DNA of 64,000 nucleotides from Lytechinus pictus. Taxonomy: Eukaryota. Location: NCBI RefSeq assembly GCF_037042905.1, contig NC_087247.1, forward strand, positions 29,202,001 through 29,266,000, written 5' to 3'. Shown here piece by piece: positions 1-15,178 of this stretch. The translations under genes were made by a program, and so were the position numbers. The notes under the pieces are model-generated. The model saw only the letters and a program-made list of their open reading frames with translations, had not been told where the DNA came from and ran no database searches. How positions within the stretch are numbered: position 1 is the first letter of the stretch; the number at the start of each line of letters is the position of its first letter.

Positions 1-219
1 GTTTTCTTGATATTATATTATTTCTTTTGAAACCGAATGAGACACGGTGAAATCATCCTAGTCCATGCTGGGATTCTGGGACGACCTCAGCGGGTACAAC
101 CTGCGTTACCAAACCACATTACATTGCAGTATGTTTAATACACACACCCTCACCCCACAACCCAACCCATGCACTTATACACAAACACCTTCTCTCCTCT
201 TCTCTCTCCGCCGCGGAGT

Positions 220-257
<38 letters not shown>

Positions 258-3026
258 TCGGTATATATATCTGAAAACCTAAGAAATGGGCCATCTGCAA
301 TATTTTATACGATTTGTAAAATTTGAACACGTATATTTTACTATTTTATACAGAAATAAATACAAACAAACAACCAAACATCTTTTCTCTGCGTTTTTTA
401 TCACTTGACTTCCTACGTATAGATACCTCTCTACACCATCAAAATTTTCTGGTACTTTCATTTCCTTTCGTTTTTATACCCCCCCCCCCCCCCCTCCCTC
501 TCTTTTTTTTTCTTTCTCTCTTTCTTTCTTTCTTTTTATCTTCTTTCTTTCTTTCTACACTTCTTTCTCTCTCCCTTTCTCCTTATCTCATACCCACCCA
601 CAAACAAGCACACACACACACTCTCTCTCTTTTGCTTTCTCCTCTCTCTTTATACCAATCTCTCTGTCTGTCTGTATATCTCTTCCTTTTTTCCTATTTC
701 ATTGTCTAACTTTTGATGGTAAGAATTAGGAACTTTGTGATGGATTGATTTCGATAATGGAATTTCAAAAACCATTGCAGCGCATGCATCCGTTTTATTT
801 TCTTTTCAAAAGGTGGTGACGATTTAATCGTCCACTAGCTTTTTTTCCTTCAATCTTAGAACAAAAGAATTTTAAAAGGGCTATTTTAAGAGAGAGTTTT
901 TATCAAAATTTAACAAATTTTTCCATGTATTAGTTCAATACAGAATAGTAAAAAAAATTCTGATACAATAAGACCCATACGATATACATTGAAATAAACG
1001 GAGATTAGCCTGTATTTTACTCTAAGCGGCATGCCCGAGTAATCTATAAGGTCATCCCACAGATTAATTACAAATTCACTCTTGTAGTCATTCGTATTTC
1101 AAAACTCATTCAATGGGTATATCTCACGATTATTTTGAATAAATATAGTTATTGAATGAAAAAGAAATAGCGACAATTGTTTAAAATGGCCAAAATGTAG
1201 AACTTTCTTTATTTGGTAAATATGGCAAAGCAGCGTTTATTGTACATTCAAATTATTTAGCTAATGATGTTGTATGCCCAGTTTTGTTTCCTTTTAAAAG
1301 ATGTTTTCAAAGATGAGCACGAATAAGCCTTCCATTACAATCAGGCACCTACCCATAAATATCATATTTTATATACATGTACTGTATATATTTTTATAAC
1401 GAAAAAGAAAAACAAATTTTGTTTCTAATCCAACTTTCAATAATTCATGCAATAGTTGGTGAAAGGATAGTGGCCTTTGACTGTGTCTCTGCCATTTTCC
1501 CGTAACCTATTGCATAAATCATGTTTAATCATATTTCTTCTTTATTTTTTTATTTATTGTTCTCGTTTTTGGGGGGGATATAGACCCCAAAACAATCTAC
1601 GTCGATTTAGTTGCCGGACTGAATTCTTTTTAGGTCCAAGGACCAACAGAATGTTTGGACTTTGTCTGATTTTTCTTTATCTGTTAAATCATATTATTTC
1701 AGCCTTGAGTACCATGTTAAGTACTTGTCCCCACCACTACCCGATTGTCCGATTTCTTTCAAACTTTCACCATTCTGTTCCTACTTTATTCTCACACAAC
1801 ATTTTATGACGAAGATTGGATTCTTCTTTAAAACAGAGACATTGTCCGCTCTATTTCAGTGAAGATGGGGTTCGAATTCCGTTACAGGTTCAGGGATTCC
1901 TATCAATGTTACCGGGAAGAAGGGTTCATTCTGCCATCAAGCTAAGGACATGGTAATCTCGCCTATTCATCTCAGTGCTTTTCAAGAATAGTAAGGACAG
2001 GGAAGACAAGAATTTTTCTTATTTAATGTGCAACAATGGACGCTCTCTAACCCAAACAATTGAGATAGACTGTACCTTTAGAAAGTAGAAAACCGGGCAG
2101 CTAACAGATGGTGGATAGGGGCTGGGGGGAGAGAAAAAAATAAAATGAACGGGAACAAACATGACAAATGTGGAATGAGATTGTATTTATTGGAATATAT
2201 GTTAAGATTGTACGAAATTAGAATTTTACTTGAAAAAGGTCAGGAATTTTCGCTTGCTCGAGACTTTTTAGAAACTTTCTTTCATTTGCCATGTTATGCC
2301 GCCCTCATTTTTTCATGGGGGGACTCATTAATTCTCTAAAACCTGACATATGGAATATTTCACACGACATTAATTTTAATTATAAAGCCAAAGTATGGAA
2401 TACTGTCCCATAATATATGGGCATCGATGCATCAGTACGAGCATATAATAATACAAAATAAAATACACATCGTAGTATTAGCATCCAATTTAACAATTTT
2501 GACACTGAATAGCATGAAGTATCTAGGATGAATATACATGTATCTACATATCAAATTGTACCAAATCACTTCCTATAGTTAATGGAAATATCAAATCTCA
2601 TTTTCAAGGAGAAAAACATTTCGTTTTTGTGATAAATACTGTAATATAAACTTTGATTGTATTCAAAAGCTTAAAACTTAATGTTAGAAAAAAATGTCAT
2701 TTTAACTAGCCAGTATTGAATATTCAGATTCGAATTCATATTACATTGAAGGTATATATATATATATATTTAGCATCCTCTACCATGGACACCAAAAATA
2801 TCTTTATTCTTCGTGCTGAAATCGAATCCTTTCACTCTATATACATGATAGTCTCGGTAATTCGTAAGTACCAAACCATTCTGTGCCCCATGCATTTTCG
2901 CAAACAAAGAAATCGGATCAAATAGGGAAGAGGTCCTGGGTATATTTGACGAGACTTTATTAGTTCAACATGTTATGAATGGGAACGGGTCACGGAGAGA
3001 ATTTTTGGTGTACGCCCTTGTCAACT

Positions 3027-4357
3027 ATTGGAGCTCAACCTACCAACATGACCAACGTGGTTAGTATATAGCAGGTCGGGACTTCCAGTGCACGGTTTCG
3101 TGCCACGGTTTTTCGTATCACCGGGTAAAGTTTGGTTGGATGCATGATGCCTTTGGACTATTCGATTTGAGGAATCGAGACTGTTAGCACATCGCTGTTG
3201 ACTAAATAAAAAAAGAAAGCGTTGAAAATCGGATTGTTTGAGGAGTAAACAAACCTTTTGAAATCACCATTGAGAAGGTGCTATTGTGATTTAGCTGGAA
3301 AGCTGGAAAGATATAATTTGGTATAATATCAGTGAGTCACAGTACCGGGATAACATCTTTTCTTTACCAGGTGACCAGGTCAGGTACTGAATGATTGTTT
3401 TTTTTTATTCGCTTAACTCTTATTTTTGGATCGTTGTTAAGGGGTTATTATGCTAGAAAGGAAATTGAAATTCTCTTGGTTCATCTGAATGCTAGTTGGA
3501 AAAGAGGCAGACGGTTGAATCGGAAGTATGCGATCACATTTCCAAGGAAACTCTGTCAGATCATGATTGTAAAGCGATATTTTCAGAACATTGGACAAAC
3601 CAACCCCAGACGGAAGAGTGGCGATCTGCGTAGGTTTCAGGAACGACCGGGTCCCGCTGCGTCCATCATCTCAACTTTAACCGACCCAAATCAGCATCAG
3701 GAAGGTTTAACGTGTGGGAATGTCTACCAAGCACGCACGATCATGAAAAGTCATGCGGGAAATATCAGCATCAGATGACTAACATCGACTGGTGACCATC
3801 AAAAATATTAAACAACAAAAATGCAAGAAGTTCATCAGCGGAAACAGAACTTCACAGGATTCTAACGATCTGATTCGTCGCTCTGTGGACGAACATTAGG
3901 CCTGCTATTGAATTCATCACCTTTGGTGAAAGTATATTAATCCTAAATAAACCATTCGTTAAATAATTTTTCATATTCACTTTTGGTGAAGTATTATTTG
4001 TCGTTTCTTCGTAATCCATTCGTGAGATAATTTGTTATATTCTTGTCCTGAAGTTACGATTAAGTGGTGTATAGCGAGAACATACCCATCTCCTTTCGGG
4101 ATTGGTCTGCAGGCGCACGTCTTGCAATTTAATATTTTGGCGTCTTGAGGTTTGGAGCCATCACTAATAAAGCAACCTTGGTTATAACCCCGGATCATAA
4201 TAATTTCTTTGAATGCTGACGTTCGGATTTCTGCTTATGAGATGGATTATTAAATTCGTCAATGAACCGCTTGTCTTGGATGGTTTCATTTCAATTAGAG
4301 GGCGACAGAACGTCATACGGATAAAATAACAAAATATCCAAGATCTTTCAATCTCAG
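3027..4357 (+). promoter_or_regulatory. Candidate Pol II promoter plus long non-coding first exon
   Basis: ATTGG 3027-3031, TATATAG 3065-3071, CpG-richer non-repetitive sequence, strong donor CAG|GTGAGT at 4357/4358; no long credible ORF. Confidence 0.4.
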
Positions 4358-6692
4358 GTGAGTTGTTAATTAATCAATTTATTTATTCATTTATTTACTA
4401 TATGTTTATTTTTTACCAATTCATGCATGTTTACAATGTCACAATGTGAATACAATGTATGAGGTTACATAGATAATATGTAAAAGTAGGACATATATAT
4501 AACACGAGTATAGCTTCAAGTCCTCTACTGTACGTCGACATATTCTATCAATTCTAATTAATTTCCTTAAAATTATGTTTCTCTTTTTCATGTTCGTGAG
4601 ACATGACAAATTTTACGAGTCGCTTTCATCCTCTTTTTTTATTCAATCACCTGTAACAGCGAATTCGTTGGCAGATATTCGAACTTAATTATGTCCGATG
4701 TCACAATGTGATTATGTCTAAAGTAATGTTGTTAACTTTTTTTCGGTTAGATTTATTATGTATTAAGGTTAATGTTGATGAATACAAACCGCTAATAAGC
4801 TCCTCTGGATTTTGGTATTAACCCCAAAATCATTCAAATATAATGTTAATCTCTTCATTAATTTTATAGCAATTGCTATTTCTTCAGCAAGCCTATGCAT
4901 AATACATTCATGAATATGTATATACATTGTGGTTTTGTTTGCACCTGGTTACTATCTGGATAAATAATGGAGCCGGTGGTCTGTGCTCATCTTTACCAAA
5001 TTTCCGCCCTTGCCCTAGATAATTAGAGGATACCTGACATATCAACATGCATGATTGCACATACTTAATAATAAAACAATTGCAAACCAAATTGAGCCCA
5101 ACCAACCCATCTGTTATTTTTGCTGACATTTGGGATGAGCTGGAACCAAAGAACTTGACATAATTTCCTTTTTTCTTGAAAAATAAAGGAAAGTCAACGA
5201 TATATCAAGGTGTATGTAACTGATCTTTTCGAAAATAATTATAATTGTCCTGCATGATATACGTTATTTACCAAATACGCAAACTTTTACATTCTAGACT
5301 CTCTGGGAGGGAGTCTCATGCTAAGATTTTTCTTTTCATTTTTCTTTTTCTATTTTGTGCGTTCGATATACGGAAATATATGGTGATGATAGCTAGTCGA
5401 GTTTCATAGCCCTGATTTTATTAATTTTAGTGTCAAAATGTATTTAAAGTGTAATATATGGGCGACTGTTTTGCCCTATTAAAATACTTCTATATAATCA
5501 TGCCATCTCTTATAATTACTTTTCCTTGTTTGTTTGTTATTTGCTCCATTACGCAAATAGATTTCAGCAATATGGACACCAACATATTCATCAAAATCAC
5601 TTTCTCATGGATCGTCACCTTCGTCATTATGACGTCATCAGTACGAGGTAAGATCCGCAATTTAATGCTATTGTTGTAGTGTTTAAGGTACTTCTTAATA
5701 ATACTTTGTTAAGCATGAGAACAAAAGACAAGGAAATAGCTGAAAGGAGTATATACAGATTGGAAAGTGGAAACGATTTTGAAACGAGACGAGATTTGGT
5801 TATATTAACCAACAAAACTTAATTCCCTGCTCGGAATGTAAGAATAATCTAGGAAATACTGCAGACATAGGTGAAATGTAAGAAAGCATGCCAATTGCAA
5901 TATAATTTTTAATAAATTATGTCAACGGTGTCTGACCTTTTGACACGCATTGTCGCTCTCAATTACTTTATGGGCTTGATTGTTTGTCCTATCGACACAA
6001 TAGACACAATCATTTTGTGATAAAAAAAATGTTTTTATGTTTTATGTATATACCCTGCGTAGTAGCATCGATTTAAGGTGTCCTAGTTGGGACTTTCATA
6101 TGTTTTTTTTTTCACAACGAACACAGTGATTTCATTTCTGTCCAGAACGTGGGTAGTTTGCTCGCTCGCGATTTTATATATCATTCACATTTTTTTTAGT
6201 GTTCAGTAAGTATAATCACAGGCAAGTCCTCCAGGGTTTTTTTTTTTAATCGAATTTCGTTCTCGTTGCCAACAATATCATAGTTTTCTCCTTTAAAAAA
6301 AACCTGACAAGCATCTCCCAAAAGTTAGTACTAAAAAGGTCATCATTTTCTTCCCTTAAGTGTATTTCGAAAGCCTACCCCAACCTCCTTTGAATTTCTA
6401 AAGCCCTGGTTCATCGCACGATCGGCACAAAACAACATTATACACAATACCACCCCTCCTATTCAAACGGATAGGTCTGATCATCAAGCAAATTGTATTA
6501 CTCCCATGAAAAATTTCATTTACCTAACTAGATGCAATTAAAAATGCAAAATGTTTTCTTCGTTTAGACCCTACTAATAAAACCCACCCATTCCTTTAAC
6601 TCCCCAGCCTTTACATAAGCATGCTAGCTAAGAATACAGCTGTTCAATCTATATAGTTACTGGTATATGAACACCAGTCAATGTTTCTTTAA

Positions 6693-7312
6693 AAGTCAAG
6701 TCCAACCCAGAAAAACGTTGATTTGAATAATCAGAGAAAAATCAAACTAGCATAGCAATGAAAATTTCATCATAATCGGATGTAAAATAAGAAAGTTATG
6801 AAATTTTGATATTTTGAAGTTTCGCCTATTTTTTCACAAAACATTGATATGCACAACTCATTTACATGCAAATGGCATGAATGAGACAGATGATGATGTC
6901 CCTCACTAACTATTTATTTTGTTTTTATTGTTTTAATAATACAATATTTCATTTTTTGGCAGATTTGACAATATAAGGACCAACTTGATTGAACCATATA
7001 GTATTAAACATTAAACAATGCTAATTACACATGTTCTGGGAGGAATTAATTGTTGTTTCACTTGACAATGATGAGAAAATTAGAATATTTCATGTAATAA
7101 AATACAACAAAAGTAATGAGTGGATGACGTCATCGGTCTCTCATTTGCATACCGATCAGGATGTGCATAGATGTTTTGTGAAATAAAGCGAAACTTTAAA
7201 ATGTAATAACTTTCTTATTTTACATCCGATTTTGATGAAATTTTCAGTGTTATACTTGTTGGATTTTTCTCTTTTTATCAAAGTCAACTTTTTGTTGGGG
7301 TGGACTTGTCCT
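6693..7312. mobile_element. Kolobok-like MITE
   Basis: TTAA|AAGTCAAGTCCAACCCA ... TGGGGTGGACTTGTCCT|TTAA, with subterminal inverted similarity (AATCGGATGTAAAATAAGAAAGTTAT). Confidence 0.8.
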
Positions 7313-8375
7313 TTAAATTTCGTTAACCCCCGGTGTGATTTATCAAGTGCAGCAATTGCGCACTTGATTATCATGTCTCATAATACTTAAAAATACATCT
7401 TGTTTAGTAAAGTTAACGTGTAATGGGTTCCGGTAGACACCAATGTATTTGGATGATCTGTGAGTGTGGTCCAAGTTCACGTGAAATATGCGTAGATCTC
7501 ATCCTAGAACCACCTGTATGTTTATTCACAACTTAACTGACACAAAGCTGAAATGATATGTTTCATAAAAATATCATAAATACAGAACTTCGGGGGGGGG
7601 GTGGCGCCACGATATTTTGATGGGGATGGGGCAAGAAGACATAGAGATGATGTCATATATTTTTCCATTGAAATATGGGGGCATGTGGGGATTAGATGAC
7701 CCCAAATTCTCTTCTTTTGAAGTCTTTTTTTTTTCTTTTCTCTTTTTCTTCTCTCATTCTTTTTGCATTTCTTGAAAAATTCTAAGCGGGTGGGGGGGGG
7801 GGGGGGCTTATTCCATTATGTCGATACCATGTCTTGATATAGAATGATTATGAAAATTTATTTTTGTAAGAGGTAATACATTTTCGAATATTATAGAGCA
7901 ATAATCAACAATACATATTTTGTTTGTTTTACACATCTGATTTTACCACAGGAAATGTGGCTTTATAAAGGAAGACCGCCACATCAAAATAAAAAAGTTA
8001 AGATGGCTAATGTGAATAGAAATGAAGAGAGAAAAAAAAACATATAGCATAACATGCTGAAAACCTTCATTAAAAATCGGGTGTAAAATAAAAAAAATAA
8101 TAAATTTCAAAGATGTTATTATTTTTTTAGTTATATACACAAAACAGGTAATAAGGAAAATTAATGAGAGAATCGAAGATATAATTCTTTGTTTTATTAT
8201 TATTGTTTTTATCATAAGAATTATAGAATATTCAAGTTTTTGCAAATATGACAATAGGAAGACTCTTTTTTGTACTACAATGCAATGGTAATTCCACATG
8301 TTTAGAGAAAAATCAAAATTGGTCTTACAACAAATGAGTATCCCATATTTAATACAAAATTAAATGCGAAATATA

Positions 8376-9720
8376 CAGTGCGTATAAAAAAAACGGGACA
8401 GATTTGAAAAGTCTATAATTTTTTTTTTCAAATTATGATGTATATATTTTAGTGTTAATAGGTGCTCTGAAGTCTTATCTATCAAATGCCTTTAAAAAAT
8501 AGTTTCGTTCATGCTTGAGCGAACACGGAATGTTTTTGTCAGGGGTTGAAAAGGAGGCTTGCGCCAAAATGGCATCAAATGATAAATATGATGATCTGAC
8601 TTCTTGCTAATCAGCAGACTTCCTCTAAACCTTTTCATTATCTTTGCCATAATTTTCAAATTATGCGGTCAAAATTCATTTTCAAATCTGTTTATTTGTT
8701 TGAATTGTTCTGCTGCTGTTACTTTTTAAAATGTTCTCTTTTAGCTTTGAATATTCTTTCTTTAAGCAAAAAAAATGAAAATAAACCGAAGTATGGGAGA
8801 GCGTGTATTTTTTTTCAAATCCTTTCATTGTATGCTACGAATGTTATGGTGCCTTTGAACCGTGGCATGCAGATGGGCGGGGGCTCGGGGGTGCTCCCCC
8901 CCCCCCCCCTTCAATAAGAAAAGGAAAAAGTGGAAAGGAAATAAAAGGAAAGATAGAAAGTGAAATTTGATTATTTTCTGAATATTATGTCAAAATCTAT
9001 CACAAAATTTGATATTTTTATCAAAGGTGAAAATTGTTGCTTGCTCGCTTCGCTCGCTCACAACTTTTTAATACATTTTATCCGATCTGCCATATCTAGC
9101 TCCTTCTACACCATTGCCATTGAAAGACATGGATCCTTTTCCGTTTGTCCTGTCAAGCACGTAATTAAACTTGGTCAAGGAATCAATAACCCCTTGAAAA
9201 TAGGATTCATGTTTTTTAAAGGTACCATAACATAATTCGTTTCACATAATAAAAGGATTTGAATAATTACAAGTTTTCCCAATTAATAATGCAAATCTTC
9301 TTGCTTGGGTTGACAAAAAGTCTTATTTTCTACTTGAAGAAAAATTCAAAGGTAAAAGAAGTTTAAATGAAAAAAATTATAATAATTCGAGTAAATAAAT
9401 ACATTTGTAAATGAAATTTGACAGCATAATTCGAAAATCGTGGCAAAGATAATTAAAAGGTTAAGATGAAGTCTGCTGATTAGCAAGAAGTCTGATCATC
9501 AAATTTCTCATTTCTGCCATTTTGGCGCAAGCCTCTTTTTGAACCCCCGACAAAAACGTCCTGTGTTCGCTCAAGCATGAACATAATTTATTTTTTTTAA
9601 TGGCATTTCAAAGATAAAATTACAGAGCATCTATTAACATCAAAATATAGATGTCATAATTTGAAACAAATTTTGCATAGACTTTTCAAAACTGTCCAGT
9701 TTTTTTTTAAATACGCACTG
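8376..9720. mobile_element. Tc1/mariner-like non-autonomous element with long TIRs
   Basis: TA|CAGTGCGTAT ... ATACGCACTG|TA; inverted similarity runs ~290 bp (8376-8660 vs 9430-9720); probable secondary insertion at ~8860-9120. Confidence 0.85.
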
Positions 9721-11231
9721 TATAGCTAGTTAAGCGACAATGACTCTGTCATTTGGAAACTGGACATACTGTTTGGTGAAAATGAGCGAAACTTTGAAAT
9801 GATTAAACCGTCTCTTGATTCTACATCAAAATTTTATTTTCCCAGCATTATGATTGCTTGCATTTTTCTCGTTTTTTTTTCCAAATCGACATTTTGGGGA
9901 TGGACTTCTGATCATTCAGGTCCTGTTCGGAGAAGGAAGAGATGAATGCTCATCAGCAGGGCGATGATTATTTCTTTGTCATTGTTATCATTTAAAGTAT
10001 ATTGACCGCTCATTACTGGAACACTCCCCAGGGAGTGGAAATAGTGCATACATTGTGTGCGCGAATGCCAGAATCTCATGACCGGGTGATCAGTAAAGCG
10101 CTTTTTAGAGACGATGTCATAATCATCATGTTTTCTTATATCAAATATATACCATTACCTACAATGTATCTCCAACGAATGCATTGTGTAGATGTATATG
10201 ATATTTTTATGAAATTTTCCTGAACTGAAAGTAACGAGATAAAGTGAAAGTACAATAAAGGCTGTTTCAGCCGTAGGATATGCTCGACAGTGAGTCACGT
10301 CTCTCGCATGGGTGCAATAAAATGTATTTAGATCCCCAGACGAAAATTCTTCTAGTCATACATCCTTGTTAAGTGCGTAAATCCTAAATACACACACGCA
10401 CACACACCCACCCTCACGCTTGCCCTCTTACATTATACTAGCTTTAATCATGGGCGGCGTTACCTGAGAGGTAGGGGCCGACCGCCCCCTCTATGATTTT
10501 TCAAGTATTAAAAAACGAAAAGAGGAGAGAAAAAGAAGAAAAGAGAGAAAAAAAGAAGAGCAAAGAAAATGGAGGTTTACGTACCCTCACTTGCCATATG
10601 CTGTATATTGTCCCACTTACATTTTTTTATACCGTTTTGTTGTGAATCATTAAAAAACTAATGTGGCCACTATATCGGTATAAAAGGGTGGTGGATACAC
10701 TCTTCCATGCCCCCTCCCTCGGTATTCTTAATTCTTCTCTCTTATTTTTAATTAAACGAAACAACTAATCATACAGTACACCACAGTTAATGCAATCAAT
10801 TCAGTAAATTAAAATCTGCGCTGATAAATGTTCATGATTAAATTCTCTACAAGAGGTGGAATTCAATAAAAATGGGTTTGCCCTTAAGCTCACAATCAAA
10901 GTCAATGGATTAAGAACACTGTTTATGTTATTAAAACGTGACTTCCTCATTGATATTGCCTTCGAATACATCCCTTCACTGTTTGGACAGGGGGAAACAA
11001 AAATCGTTATCAAACGTTATTATTCAATTGTTTTAATAAATCATGTCAAGTTGCTGAATGCTGTCCAAACAGGACTCCAGACACCATATCAATATACTGT
11101 CATTGTAACACCTCTTCCATCCGCGGCCCCTCCCCTCTTCCAGTTTTTTTTTCAATATATAGGCTACCGTCAATGTAACATATTTTTTATCCACAACCCG
11201 GCACCCCCCCTCCCCACTTTATCCCTCCCCT

Positions 11232-11267
<36 letters not shown>

Positions 11268-11574
11268 CTCTCTCCACCACAGCGCTCTTCTCATAATTAT
11301 TTTCAATAACGATACCAATATACCATTTTTTATATTGCGGTGACACGATATTTGCTCCAGTCTTAATATCTCACAGGGGATAGGGATAGAGTTATGATTG
11401 TAATAGAGTTTTTGGTTCGGAATTATGTAGAGATAAGGATTGGGGTTTATTTAGTTTTGGAGGATAGGTTTCATGTTTGGCTTAACGTGTAGATTTTCTA
11501 TCGGAGCAATTGTCGCTGGAGTATATACATTTCAGTATCTAATTTTATTTGTGTTTCCATTGCCCTATTCATCA

Positions 11575-11842
11575 CCGGGCATGATGGCTCAGTGGTAGAG
11601 CGTCCGTCTAATGAACGGGAGGTCGTGGATTTGGCCGAGTCATACCAAAGACTTATAAAAATGGGATCTTCTGCCTTCGTGCTAGGCGCTCAGCATTTAG
11701 ACTGGAGAAGGGTAATAATTACTAACATATTATGTTATGCAGGGCCCCGCTAGTAGAGCAGTTTCCTAACTGAGGTGGTTACCCTGGGTAGATAAAACGT
11801 TATTATTATTATTATTATTGTTATTATTATTATTATTATTAT
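11575..11842 (+). mobile_element. tRNA-derived SINE
   Basis: A-box TGGCTCAGTGG 11585-11595, tRNA-like head with deleted B-box, (ATT)n tail. Confidence 0.75.
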
Positions 11843-14800
11843 CACATGAAAATTTCCCGTGCCTTGTGCCTTTTAAAAATTTGATTTGAACACATGCAAT
11901 CGGCATCGTCGGGATTTGTCCTCCCTCACTCAATTCTTTAGGTTTTTGTCATTGAAACGGAAGTATACTGCGATGATTTTCATCCTAATAAAGTCTCCCT
12001 AACAGATAGTCTTGCTTGATTATTATGCTCCTACGTTTTGTATAAAACTTCCGCATAGTTTTCATGAACAGGCCTATGCATAAAACAGGAAATATTCAAC
12101 TGAGTTTCACCTTGCCTGAAACGTACTCTCATATTTTGTTCATTTTATTTTAAATTGAAGGTCAACATAAATATAGTCAATACAACAAATTATTTACAAT
12201 ACAAAACAATTATTGTTTTTCTATGATTTTTAATGAAATCAACGATCTTAGAAAGTGTTGAAATTATCAAGAGAAAATGATTTTTGATATATTTCTTTTT
12301 TTGTTTGCATTTGATGACACTTCGTCCACAGTGTTCACTCAGATGCATGGTCTATATTCACTTAGTCTATTCTCAGATAGTCTCATACCACACGGACTAT
12401 ACCCTTTGGTCTACTGTAAATTTTGATCATATTTTTGGTAAAGCGCTATATAAGTACATGTCATGTATGCCTGACTAAATTATTGCAGTTTGGTCTACAC
12501 TTAACAGGGGCCGCGGAACGATTTTGAAAGTGAGAGGGATAAACTCAAAGTGTGGGGGGAGGGGGGCTGACCATGCAAAAAAAAACAGAAGCAGATAGTC
12601 ATCTTTACGTTTTCGAACACGGTTTTAGACAAATTGTGGGGTTGGGTTGAAGCCCATCCACACCCCCTTCGGTTCCGCGGCCCATGCACTACGCTTTGCC
12701 TAATCCCCAATTAACCTAATCATAATTCAATCTAATGCACAGATGGCCTCATCTCTACTTCTAAGTCTTGTTTAATTTATCATGTAATCTAATCACATAT
12801 AGACTAAATGGCGTTAGACCAAGTGTATATTAGACGAAATAGGTACAACCTTACTGGAAATCAGACAAAATGGTATGTGCTTAATTGCATTTATAACAAA
12901 TGGATAGGAGACGATTTGATCGTAGACGAATAATGATAATAATAATAATAATAATTGACATTTATGTAGCGCCTCATCAATCTACGACTGCTCAAAGCGC
13001 TTCACAATTATTATTACCCGGTCACTGGATTCATAGCATTTCAAGCAGCCTGTTAGGCGCATGCACACTTGCTAAACCAACCACAATGACGAACTGGGAT
13101 TAGACCATGTGGGCTGAGACGAAACTAAAAGTAGACGAAGTGGGTATGGGTGCCTAACTTGAAATTAGACGAAATGATGAATGGGATAAATGGCAATTAG
13201 ACCATTGACTAATAGACTTTATTATAGACCAAACGGAAAATAGACTTAACGGGTATAGACCAAACGTAAAGTACCGATCGGATATCTGAGTGATCCTCGA
13301 CACCTTTTAATTATTTCCCCGTTATCTTATTGATGGGTATTTCATTGAATTTCATCCAGGAGCCGTGGCTATCCGATTCTCTCAATGCCGACCACATATT
13401 AAACATGAATCAAATCGATAGGTAAAATGCGGAATATTCCCCTTGTTTCTTGATTAAAATATTACTGATATTGTAAGAGTAATACATTATTCGGTTCATT
13501 CTACATGTGGATACCGCATGTGCTTTATGTATAGGTGTAATTAAACGCAATCGGCGCTATCTTATGTCATTTTTTCTGTGCTTTGTGGTAATGATAAAAG
13601 TAATAATAATAACAATGATAACAATAATAATAACAACAACAATAATATTAATAATAATAATGATAATGACACTNNNNNNNNNNNNNNNNNNNNNNNNNNN
13701 NNNNNNNNNNNNNNNNNNNNNNNNNNNNNNNNNNNNNNNNNNNNNNNNNNNNNNNNNNNNNNNNNNNNNNNNNNNNNNNNNNNNNNNNNNNNNNNNNNNN
13801 NNNNNNNNNNNNNNNNNNNNNNNNNNNNNNNNNNNNNNNNNNNNNNNNNNNNNNNNNNNNNNAATTAAAATAACAACAATAAACAATAACAATTATATTT
13901 GTTTTTCTTATTTATCGTTAATTTTCTTGTTGTTCTCCTCATTTCTTTGTTTTTTATTCCTTTTTTGTGGGTAGAGTAATTCTTGAAAATTTGTTTGTAC
14001 AAAGTATGGTACACCGCAAGAATGTATACGGAGAAAACCAAATTTACCTATGACCCAATGTCACAAAGGCTAGACCTACACAGCGAATATCTTGTCAGTT
14101 TACATTTTGAACAAAATATGTTGACTGAGGGGCTCTCACTCAGTCTGGTTAGTGCTCTCTCATCGTGACTTTACATGGCGGAGGCACAGGAATGTATGGG
14201 GATGGGGGCTTTCAGCTCAGAATATTGCATCGGTGGCGCAACGAACCAAAAAATTGAGGGGGCACACCATCGTTTACGTGGAAATGATCTGTATAAAGTC
14301 GAGAGCGAGCGAAAATGTTTGCCTTTTTAAAATTGAAAAAATTATTTTTGTGACATAATATCCAACAAATAATAATATACCCCCCCCCCTTTCCGGTTAT
14401 TTGGGCTCCATGATCATGAACTTGAGGGCACCTGAGGGATGTGTTCCAGAACTACTTTCTATCACCTCAAGCGATTTCATTACTCGCAAGAAAGGGCTAG
14501 AAGTCAGCTCCCATTAAAAAAAAGAAACATAGTACGCCCTAATCATATTAGATTCTGAATAGTAGACAATGCATCGTCTACTTGATCTCACGTTCATGTA
14601 TGCCAAGCAAATTTTCCAAATATTGCGAAACTCAGTTATCATTTAAGTTCATTGCTGTTAAACGAGCTTATCAATCGAAAAGACTGAAGCTTATCAATCC
14701 GGAAAATATTATGAAAAATCTATACCATCATAAAATCATTTATTTTCTTTAATACTAATTGATAAATGAAGACTGAATTTTTATGTTTTTTTTTTTTCTT

Positions 14801-15178
14801 GAAAAAGCGCATTCATCTGATGAAGAATCGAAATTTTGTGTTTCTTTCGCTAATGCGCATTAGTTTATTCGTGAAATCTTTATATCTGAATTCCACAAGA
14901 ACTTCAAGCTTTTGGAAATGACATCTCCGACTCATATACTATGACTAGGCTACCCTGTTTTCCTAACATTATAAGTTACACGCAATCGAAATTACTACAG
15001 CCTGATTTAATGATTGAGACGTCAGTTGTAATCATTACTCTTCCAATGAATTGATATTTACTCCCGTATTAATCTGATAAGAATTCCAAACATTCCTAAG
15101 TCAACGGGCGATCGTCTAATGAAGTTGTAAGGAGAACGATTGCTTGCTTTTTTTTCTTTCACAATTTTGTCTGCATAA

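Noticed and set aside
323-709. 128-aa F/L/S-rich ORF
   Set aside because: Pyrimidine-rich low-complexity sequence
1836-1990. GC-richer patch with an AG boundary that looks exon-like
   Set aside because: No frame gives a recognisable protein and there are no partner exons
3395-3778. 127-aa ORF
   Set aside because: Non-ATG start and no recognisable domain; treated as part of a putative non-coding exon
10856-11296. 146-aa ORF
   Set aside because: Non-ATG start, no motifs, ends in a (CT)n microsatellite
11575-11660. tRNA gene (also ~40146-40228 and ~47690-47762)
   Set aside because: No complete cloverleaf; these continue into SINE bodies or tails, or run into a gap
13507-13974. ORFs spanning N-runs (also at 28186-28401, 36752-37095, 37584-37802, 38753-38951, 40229-40571, 58781-58955)
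   Set aside because: Assembly-gap artefacts, although the gaps could hide extra exons
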